Part shown: positions 36,888 to 48,800 of the stretch, piece by piece
Position numbering within the stretch: the stretch's first letter is position 1
How the letters are laid out: each line of letters opens with the position of its first letter
Origin: a virus
Virus record (IMG/VR): IMGVR_UViG_3300017917_002108
Span: 82,605 to 146,604 of that record
Direction: 5' to 3' (one strand)
Length of the DNA: 64,000 bases
Program-made: the position numbers and the translations under genes
The notes under the pieces: model-generated
Told to the model about the DNA's origin: nothing
The model's database searches: none
Seen by the model: only the letters and a program-made list of their open reading frames with translations

Positions 36888-39800
36888 TCTGGTAATTCTG
36901 TTGTCTTAGCCGCTATGAATCTTGCGATAGGCGTATCGTTAGACAACAAACTTATTCCTTTGCTGGCAGTAACTTGGCCTCTTTCGTACCAAATTCTTCC
37001 TACTTTCCTTACGATTGTTATTCTAGTTCCGGCTGCAACTTTTTCTGTTAACCTAATATACGGAGTAAGTCCGTCGACTGAAAATTCAGCTTCTTCTATA
37101 GTATCTGATGTTGGACTGGTAGCTCCTAGTGTTTGGTCATACAAGCTGACAGAATTCTTTCTTAATCTACGGCCGCCTACAAATACTTCTATCTCATCGC
37201 AGCAGTAATAATTATTAGGAATAGAATTTCGAATCCATCCAGATCTGTTAGAATTTTTAGGGGTATAATCTAACGGACCAATGATAAGACTACTACCATC
37301 ACTGACGAAATCTGTTTTCTCTTGAGATTCTAAATATGGAAGTGTTTCGTCTGCTCCAACACTTACCACATAACTATCTTTAGCATGAGATTCTTTAATT
37401 GAAGTTCCCAGACATCCTCTTCTTAATTGGCTAACAATATTACCTTGGATCACAAAATATTCTATTCTTTCATTGTTAATAATCACAACACCTGGAATAT
37501 TTCTCAATTGGTCAGGTATCGATAGAGTGCTGGTATCAGTTAATTCCATTGAAGTATCATAATATTTCAATTCCTTGGCCAATAAAATTTGATTAGATTT
37601 TGAATATCTCTTATAATGGTAATTATTCAACATATCCTTATGAATTTCAAAAGCTCTGGGAGATTCGTATACAATATTACCGAATTCGATAATCTTGATT
37701 TTATCGTTGACTGATGTTTCGTCATTTAGATACACTATAGATCTAGCAGGATCAAGATAATAATCTCTGTCTCTTGTGAGACGATAACCATTTTTATAGA
37801 CCCACAGATAATTTACATCAACAGGAGTTCTAGCTAATTTATAATTGATTTGACCTCCTGCGAATTCGTCGGAAATCAAATTCATAGTAGGATACTCGGA
37901 GAACCAAGTAACAATTATTTCATCTGTTTGATTTAATACTAAAGACGGACTGAATAGTAGATTGTAATTATCAACAAAGTATTCTGCTCTGGTATCAGTG
38001 GTTATTCTAATGATATCACCAATTTCTAAATTACTCTGAGGAACATTGATTAAGTTTAGATTACCATTATAGGTATAATCTATAACGAATCTCTGTAGAA
38101 CATTATTAATATAAACCTTAATAGAGCCAGACACGATAGTACCTATAGCTTCATTAGGATCAACACCTACTTCGATATTATTATTTGTTCCATCGTACAC
38201 CACATATGTTGTATCGACACCAACTAAAACTCTACCATTGATTTCTACAATGATATTAGAAACTGCCGAAGCTTTAGATAAAACTACGAACCTGTCTAAG
38301 TCATAAGACCTAGAACTACCGTCATAAACAATCACTTGCTTGTTGATTCGAGTAAACGGCACATTAGTAGAATCGGTTTCTTCAGAAGCTCCAAAACAAA
38401 TTATCTTAACAACTTTTCTAAATTCAGGAGCAGTTCCAAATTGCACTATTGTCTTATCCTTAGTCTCAATAAAATCAGTGCTATCGGCGAATCCGACATT
38501 TATAATTTCACCATCAACAGTGACTAATACCGATGATGTTTGATTGTATAAGGCCTTAGTTAGGAATAAATTCGTAGTACCGTCGGCAACGAACTCTTGA
38601 TAATCTAAAAGTTGTATACCTCCAATTCCTATAGAAATAATCTCAACTATTGACCCCAATGCTGGTGCAACATTAAATTCTACGGTATTTGTGATAAAAT
38701 TAATTGAATAATTTATAGAGCTATCGCCTGTGTATTCTTGTTTTATTTTATCAATATAAACCATTACAGAACTAGCTTCAAAAATCGTCAATCCGATATC
38801 GTATGTTAAAGTATGACCATCTCCTATAACCACTTTGTTTTGTATTGCAGATGCTCCTGGACTAGTTAACGTAAAGACCTTGAAGCTTAGACTGTCTAAT
38901 ACTTGACCAGGAAGATTTTCTTCTGGAGCAGGAACATTATCCGGTGTTATAAATTTATCACCGTCAATTACAATCTCTTCCGGAGTCAGTCCAGCTGCTG
39001 TTACGTATGCTCCACCAATTGCTGCAAGACTGCCTCCACTGATTCTAGTATCTAGTAAGTTCACGTCAGTAATTGTTACCGATCCATCACTGTCTAATTT
39101 TCTAAAAATCAGTGTATCACCCGGATTGGTGCTGATATAATCATGTATTTCTACAATATTAGTAGAACCGTCGCCGACAAAAGTCGGTAGCAGAGCATTA
39201 TTAGGTGCTAGAGTTCTTCCATTGGGCTGTGGCGTTGAACCGTCATATGCTAAGAAATACGGATCATCTACTCTTATAGGTCGATTTTCATTGACTCTTC
39301 TCAAATATATAGATATAGGTTGATTATTTTCTGGAACATAAGGCAAGACCACAAATGTAGTACTACCATCGGCTACATAATAAAAATCAGAATTACTCTC
39401 AACACTGTCCCAGTTATCGGTAAACCACGGTAAGGCGTCCCATCCTCCTGTTACATCAAAGGTTGTTCCTTGAACTTGCACTCCTCCGTAATCTATTCCG
39501 GTCATGAGTTGATTGATTTCTTTACCCAGCATACCAGCAGTTGGTTGATAATATTTTTCAATTCTATTAACACTATCTAATAACTGATCATTCTTATCAT
39601 ATTCGATGACTATGATATCGCCTGCTATTGGAGCAACAAAAAATCTAACTTTACCTTTTAATACTGTATAACCACTTTCTTTAACTGTATAAAGATTTAT
39701 TTCATATTCGTTAGGTAAAACTAATTGATTATTTTTTACTATATGGATCTTAGTTTTATCTGTGCTAGGCGGATAGTTTAAATTAAACATTGCACTATAT

Positions 39801-42800
39801 CCTGTAGCAGTAAAAGTTTGTGTATTTGTAAAACTATTATATAGACCCTGTTTCGCTATTCTATCAAATTTTATCCCTAGATCAAAACTTCTTATCTTAG
39901 TGTTACCTAATATAGCAACAGCATTGGCAATATCTGTATTGGTTCCGTTACCCCCGACAAGAGATATTGACGGCGTTTTTGTATAACCGTATCCTTGATT
40001 GTCTACTCTGATTCCAGATACTCGTCCACTAGATATAAAAGCTGTAGCAGAAGCTCCGATACCGTTACCTTCTATAAGAACTATAGGAGGAGTTTTATAT
40101 CCCGAACCTGGATTGTTTATCTGGATATCGACGATTGAGAAACCGTTGTTCTCTGCCCAGGATTTCCAAGGATATTCATCAAATCTATTATAAGTTGAAC
40201 CAACTGGCAATATTTTTCCGTCTCTAACTGACCAAGCGGCAGGAAGATCAAAATCTGTTAGGGCCGAACCATAATTGTTTTTATCAGTATATCTTGATGT
40301 ATATTCTCTGACCGTGGTCCTATATGGTTTGACTTCGTCTATGTAATTTCTGAATTGATCTAAATTATCATTTTTATAATTAGGACGTTGATCTAAATCG
40401 CCAACATTATGTATTGCATTTAAAAAGCTGGTCTTAAATGCCCAATCTATATATTGTTGTTCTGAGTAAGCATATTTTATCGAACTAAAGAATAATTTAT
40501 TCCATTCTACACTTAGATCATCAACAAAAATGTCTTCTTTTGCTGCTTTGAGAATCATTCGTAATTCTTTGATAGGTTGTAGATCATATAATACAGAATC
40601 ATAAGATCCTATATTGTCATATCCTAAAGACGCTGTAACCGCATTGTATAAAGATTCTTTAATACTGATAGTTCCATTTTGTCTACCTATCAAATTATAG
40701 TTGTTTAGAATAGACCCCATGCCGGTTTCAGTTCTTTCTAAGACTGCCCATCCGCCGCTGCCAAATTCTTTGATTCTTAATAGAGATCCTTGTGTTATAG
40801 TAATTGATGGTTCTTGGTACAGATAATTAATTTCTTTGAATATTTTAGATTTTTCATCAAATCCGGTTGCCCACCAATCAGTATATTCCCAATACAAGCT
40901 GGTATTATAACCTTGAGATTTTCTTCTGTAGAATATTTTTCTCAATTGGTCCCAACCGTATAAGCTCCAGAAATTCTTATCTGTAGAATCTGTTCTAACT
41001 AACACTGAGAAAGGTCTTATTTTCACTATAGCAGTAGTGTATTTTCTACCTTTTGTCAAGACTGTACAAGTTGCCACACGACCTTGGGTATCTAAAGTCA
41101 CGGCGGCCTTTGCGCCAGTGCCGGTGCCTTCAATTTCTATAAACGGCACTGTTCTATATCCGAATCCAGAATCAATAATATCTATAGTGTCAATTTGACC
41201 ATTGATGATATTAGCTCTGAATTCTGCTTTTCTAATCTTAGCTGTCCCTACCTGTTCTAGATCGATATATTCATCTACAGCAATATCATATTCGTTGAGC
41301 TCTTCGCTAGGCAACGGATCTACACTATTAAGATTTTCAAAATTAATTAAATCAGTAAAGGGTCTGGTTTTTAATATACTGTTAATGTTATCAATTACAA
41401 TCTTAAGTGCTTTGTTTCTATTAACAAACATAGTTTGTCTAGGTCTAAAACCAAGTCCATATCTTTGGTTACTTGACAAACTGAAATCTGGTACGGTATT
41501 ACCTGCCTGATCAAAACCCACAAGACTGTCTAACCACTTTCTCTCAAGGGTATCAGCAGGCAACGAATCCGCAACTCCTTCGGTCAATAATTGATATTCT
41601 CTGTGTACAGGATTTAGATTTAATTTGGCTAAATTGTATTCGATATTAATTCTTGCGGTATCGCTGTTTAGAATTGTTTTGAAATTATAGAAAGCGAACT
41701 TATCAGAATCTAGAATTGCTACAAAAGGAATCCCTGTTCCGATAGGATTATTAATATAGGAATTTATAGATGCAGTAGATAATCTTCTATTCGCAGCATC
41801 GGGCAATGTAGTTTTATTTTTCACCCAATAATAATATAATGTTCCTGTAGGATTTCCTGTTGAAGGATTGACCAGCACCTTGGTGTTATATACTGTGTCA
41901 TCGGCATTTTTTGGTTGCCCAGAAATTCCTTCGGCGAGTCCTTCAACAGTATCAGCTAGAATACTCCATTCTGATGGTAACAGAGGAGTCTCTACCCATT
42001 CATAAACATCAATGCTGGAACCCGTTGCCTGATTATTCCAGTTTCCTATTCTATAGCTTAGATCGTCTTGTTCATAATTAATAAACTTTACGGTACTTAG
42101 ATTCCACCATACTTCACCTACTTGATCCTCAAACCATGCTTGAGATTCATCTACCGTAACTGTATCATCACCTAGCATATAAATGGCAGGATCATAGATT
42201 GTTTTGTATTTTATATCTTGGTCGGCAATCGACAAAGTTTTTAATTTATAATGATCTACAATATCTAAATCAGCTAATTTAATATTTTTCTTATCATCAT
42301 AAATTTCTATATTCTTGATAGAATCTATATCAACCTGCTGTGCTTGTTGTCTAATAACAGCAAGACTGTTTACTGCTGAATCTTTTTTAAATAGTCGAAC
42401 CATCCCAACTTCTATATTATTAACTTTATATGTTGGGGAACCAACTACGATAGTAGAGCTTGTACAATCGACCGAATTACCAAAAGATTCGAAAGAAACA
42501 AAATCAGCTTCTAGTTTTTCGGCTAACAAGTAACCTTGATCTTTTCTTTCAAACACGTACACCTGTCCAGGATATCCCAATTTAGTACTGTAGGTAGTGC
42601 GTCTACTATCAAATGTACTGGTGCCAGAATCGAATGTTGTTAATAAATCATAACCAGAATTTTTTGCTCCGACAACTATTCTTTCAGTGGCCGCACTAAT
42701 CGACACGCTAGATCCAAAATACTCATTGGTATAATTTTCAAAACTCTCAAGTTTCTGTACTAGTCTGAACTGGGATTCGGTAGAACTATTTTTCCTAAAT

Positions 42801-45800
42801 ATATATACTGCGCCCTGATTTTGTTTTATAATGTCTGCAAGAGGGCTACTTACAATAATGGTGGTTCCCGAAGCATCTATGTCTACAGAATATCCGAACT
42901 GATCGCCCGAACTTATTTCAGCCGAAGTAACAGTGCTATCATTTATTTCATCTAAATTAGAAGCAGCTATTGTCTGTGTAAGTTCGTAAACACCATAGAT
43001 ATTTTTTTGATATATGAATACCTTTCCTGTATTAGTTACAGAACTATCTCCTATATTACTCCAAGGTTCTCCATCATCAGGTTTTTCGTTCAAACTGGTG
43101 CTGGTTGAGCCGTCATTGAGATTAAGATCTAAAAGTATATGATATCCGGATTGATACTTGACAACATCGCCGGCAAGGTACTCTTGATAAGGACTCCAAA
43201 TTCCTTTGTAATTTGCAAAATATTGTGCATCGCCATTTGGAATTCCTACCACTAGTATTGAACTGTCTCTAGACATAGCTAGGCTATGACCGAACTGATC
43301 GCCGTCTTTGATTAATTCTGCAAGCTGTGATTGATCTAACAATCCCAAGGCCAATGTTGATCCATCGTCATCTAAGGCAACACTGCTTGGTAAAGAATTG
43401 TTAGTGGCTATTGGATCTAATTTGATCCAGTCAACTGTAGACAGTGTAAGAGAACTTCCGTCATAGACATTATCCGATAATGCTTTCCAGAGACTGCCAT
43501 CAGACCATACTATACTGCCCTCGGGATATTCAGTATAAGGTGACAGGATAGGATCATAAGGTCCGTATATGCCCAGATACTTGGTGCTTTCGTAGTGCTT
43601 CCATTTTGTACCATCAAATTCGTATAGATAGACTCTTCCTTTGCCTGTACTAGAACCAATTTGGACATCGCACAATGATCCTTTTGCAGCCACTGCCATG
43701 ACATAGCCCGATTCGGATATCGATATGGTAATAGAGCTGCCAAATAGTTCGTAGGTTCTAGGTCTAGGACTTACAATGTTGGTTTGATTTTCCCATTGCC
43801 CGTTGACAAATTTATAAAGAGATATCATACCTTGGTTAACATAACCTGTTCCCAATCCAACTGCGGATGCTTCTACTAATGTAGCAGGTTGCCAATCTTC
43901 GGTTGTGAAATTAATGGTACTGCCGTCTCCGGCGGAAACATTGTTTACCGCTTCCCACAATTTTCCTTTGTGTAAGACAATATCTCCTGCCAAATAACTA
44001 GAAGTAGAAAGTTCTCCTCTAAATTTACTAGGTACTGCACTGGCCATAGGAGTTCCTATAGCTAACCATATACCATCAGGAGATACTGCTAATGTTTCCC
44101 CGAAGACACCGTTCACTGCTGTTTCAAAACCATCTGCAGGAGGTATGATTTGTGTTAACAATAAAGAACCATTTATGCTAGATCTATCAGAATATACCAT
44201 CACAAATTCTGATGCAGGTATACTGGTAATTACATGCTTTCTCTGTTCTACGTATATTACGGTAGATCCTAAATTAATCGGAGCTGTTATTCCATAATCT
44301 TTGAGTTCATGAGATTTATACTGTTTGGTTTTTTCAATAACTTCCCATTGTTCGCTACCGTTATTATTGATCCATAGTCTAGCACCTTGTTGCAACATGG
44401 CCAATGTCTGAGGATCAACGCTTGAATAATCATCAAACTTGGCTTCTGTGAATAGACCAATAATTGCATGAGTACTGTCCTCTATAACAGGATCATCTGA
44501 TGAAGTAGGAGTTACTGTAAAGGTAGTGAGTGTCACTGCAGAAATTTTAAAGAATCCTGTGAGATTTAAAACTTTAGTGATGCCGATGATGTCATCTACG
44601 GCCAGACCATGAGATCTATTCGTGGTAACAACAACCACCGAATCGACCTTTTCTACAGCTACTATTCTTAATGACAATTCTTCGTTGTACCTTAAAACTG
44701 TCCAAGAATAATTATTAAATGTTATCCATATGTGAGAATTGTCATCGACTTGACTGATGTCTATATCAAGAATACCATCTTTATTATAAACAATAAAATC
44801 GACATCGGACGTATGAACGAATCCAGCTGATCGAGAATTTCCTGTATAAAAACTAATAGGATTTATATCAGTAGTAAAAGTTCTCGGTCTTATAGTAAAC
44901 ATCGACGAATCTATTCTTAGATTCTGGTCAACTATAACATTGCTCTTAGACGATGTGATAATCACAGGCTGAGGATTGATAACTAAAGAATCTTTGGTGA
45001 TAGAAAATTCAATTTCTTTTATCTGTTCGGTGCCGCCAAACTCACCTATCTTAAAGGCCCATTCTTCGTTTAGAACAACACTATCGTCGGTGCTTCTGCT
45101 GAGCTTATCAAATACCTTAACGATCGAATTAGCTGTGCCTTTTTCTCTTATGAATCCTTGATAAAGTCTAAATTGACTTACATCGTCTTCGGCCAATGCC
45201 TGTAGATATTCTCTGGGTTGATATCCGATAGCATGTCTAGCTAGATCTCTTTGACTAGATCCCACACCGTCTGCTTCAACTTCGTAATAATCATTAAATT
45301 GATTTATTCTATAATCGAAATTAGCTACTAATCCCTTGGTAGGCACTGAGTCTAGTTTTGACCATTTGGTTTCGTCAATGTTTTCGACACCTAATTGATT
45401 TTGTTTGCTGACCCAATAGTATGATCTATAGGCAACAATATCGCCCAATCTATAATCTGTAAAGGGCCTCCAAGTTTCAATTTTAACATTATCGAATAAA
45501 AATCCTGGACTGGTATAATCGCCGTCCCAATCAACTGTGCGGAACCCTCGACTCTTGATTCTCATTTGACGATAACCTGTCGGCTTGTCATAGATTACAT
45601 CGTTAAACACTGTCCTGTCATCGAATATAGTAACATGTTCTTTGAGAACAAAATTTGCTCTCATGAAGTATATTCCTGTATTAGAATCTACTGTAGAAAG
45701 AACTAGTGTTTTATAATCTCTAGAAACATTTATAAAATTCGGAGAAAGCGGGGTACCATCTTCTTTTAAGATCTGATAATCATAAAAACTATCTAAGAAA

Positions 45801-48800
45801 TTATCAGCCACTCCGATAGAAACCTTGGCTGTGATCTTGGCTGCACTAGGACTTAGAGTCAATAATGATCCTATACTCCAATTATGCTTAGTCCAGAACA
45901 TAAATTCTTTTACAGATGTAAACCAATCTACTGTGCTTTGAGTAGCAGGGTCGTATCCATCAAAAACGAATCCTATGCTTATTAGATATTCTTGATAACC
46001 TAATAAGAAATCCACAACTTCTTGTATCTTGGTCATTAATCGACCATATGGCATTTTCTTCAGAGCAAGTTTATTAAATTTATTTCTTCTAAATGCCTGT
46101 ACCGCGTTCTTTAAAGGCAAATCAGGTAATTGTTTCCAAAGTGTTTTATCAAACACATTCGTGCTAGTGTGGCTAGATAAACTTCTGTAATAATTGTTAT
46201 TGTATTTTACGACAACGCCGTTGCCATAAAACTTTTCTTCAGTCCAGTTTAAAAAGCTCTCGCTGACTCCCCCAACAGATATAATAGGATCGGACTGAGA
46301 GGTTAAAGATTCGTAATAGTAAAAGAAAGGATTTTTATTATCATAGCCTTGTATCTTCCAGCCTTGAATGGTCTTTTCTAATATTACTCCGCTGTAAACC
46401 AGAGAAAAAATAGGAGAACTAACATTAAAAATAATATCGTAATTTTCCGGCGGAATAAAAACATTGCTGGTAGAAGAATTTGGATTCTTACTATCTAGTA
46501 GATATTTTTGTTGAGGTTGATCGACAAATCCAGAAAGACGTGTACTTAAATTTACATCTATATTAGATATTTTTTCCGAGAGCACACTGATAGGAGTAGT
46601 TTTGCTCTTAAGATAATTAGAAACATAATTTACTAGTCCAGATACGATTTTTGTAGAACTATTTTCATAAATGACATCTGCAATAGTAGAAAAAGTTTCT
46701 GTATTTCTATTAACAGTTTGTCCTAGAATATTAATGGTTATTTCAGATTTATTAAAATTATCAGTAATATATTCAAACGGTTTTAACAGGCATAGAGCAA
46801 TGATATAAGCGAAAGGCCATTCGCTGCTAGATCTCCATGCAGCTTCAACCGGAGCTACGCTACCTATGTCAAAAGATCCTTGATTATTAAATAATGTGAA
46901 ATTCGTTGCTAGGCCCGAATTCAAAGGACTCAGTAACTTACCGTCACCGTCTACGGGAATATGATTTATGAGAGAAGGTCTCTGATACCTCTTATACGTG
47001 CCTGCTCTACTACCCTGACGTATAATTCCGTTCGTTAGATCTTCCCATAGGATTAAATTATTACGAGTGTATGGTGCAGGACCATACAAATTTTCCCACC
47101 AGTTTGGTTTTTCACTAAACCCAAGCATTTCCCATGGACATAAATGAGGTCTATCTGTATCATAAAACCATTTGTATATTCCTCTCCAGTATCCGGGCAG
47201 ATTCTTAGTCCCTGTGGGGTCCGCCATGTTTGAGTAGGTATAGGTAAAAGGATTCTCACTGTCGAAATACACATTATTGATATAATCAATATTTGTATCT
47301 GCAATCCATTTTAAGAATTCAATAGATACGATATTATCAACTGAAGGTTTATCGTATAACGAATTTCCATAATAACCCCCTAATATTTTATCGTTATCAA
47401 AAATACTTTCATCATATTTTTGTTTAATATTATTATAGATTCTGTACTCTAATTCTAATAATAAGTCGTCTCTAAAATCTCCATAGCTGGCAGTTATACT
47501 ACCATCATGTCCTTGTATGACCTCTCTCGGTTCTATGAAAGTATCGTCCATATACTTCATAGGTTTATATTTTTTATATAATCCTAGCTTGGTAGGAGTA
47601 GGAGGAATATAATTACTATAAGATGAAACATATTCTCTTATTTGTATCTGATCGCCTTCTGATAAATCTATCTTTAGATTAATAAAACCAAAAATAGAAT
47701 TAAATTCGTATTGTTCTCCGTGTAGTAATTGCTCTCCGTTATGATAAACATACACTGACCTAGAGCTCAAAGTTTCTAGATCAAATTTTTCTGATAAAGC
47801 AAAAGTTTTGATTCCTGTATCTTCTACAACATAATCAATAGAAGTAAAAGCACCACTGCCTACCATGTCGGATTCAGAAAAGGGCCTAGATGAATTTTGT
47901 GTTTTGCTTATTTCTTCTAAAATTTGATCAACAAAATCTTTTGGCTCTTGGTCGAAATATAAATTGTAGGCTAGATCTATAAATGTGTTTTTAAAATCAG
48001 TATAGGATTTCTTAGCGTACTGTATAGATTTAATGATATTAACTTCTTTATCGCATAATGATAAAATTGATAAAGGAGCTACATTACTGTGTTTTAAAAA
48101 TCTATGACATCTATTTTCGAAAGTGTTTAGATCTCTAAGATTATTTGCTCCTGGAAATACTCCGGAAAAATCGTCTACTAAATCTAATCCTGTTAATACG
48201 TGATCAGATGCCTGACCCAGCGTAAAAGACTGGATTTCAGAATTTAAAGGATTTTTTTCTAGACCTAATGGTAATTCATAATATCCGGCAACAGGATCTA
48301 GGTCTGCAAAAATTTTTATAGTAACAGTATCATTGACACTAAACATTTGTTGAAAAATAAACTTATCTCTATTTCTCTGATAATTTGTACGATACCTAAT
48401 ACCATTTTTATAAAAAATAATTTTTCTAATTTGTGAATCTTGAACAGAATCCCAATCAACAGCCGCACTCTTGATAGTGTCTGTGATTTCTGTGATAACT
48501 ATGGTGTCGATTATGGGTTGTGAATAATCATTATCTAACAATATCCAACTGTTAGCATATTCACTGTTAGGGTTGAATTTATAAAATCCTGTTTTGAATT
48601 TCTTTGTATAGATGGCATCGGAAATCTTATAATCAAACTCCAGATAATCTAAATCAAAACTAAATTTAATGTCCCCAACGTTTTCAATATTAAGATAAGA
48701 CAAGGCAAATCCTAATTCAGTGTCACTGACTCCTGATCCTTTTTGATATCCTAGAATTCTTGTTCCGCCAAACGATGTAACAGGATATGTTTGACTATCT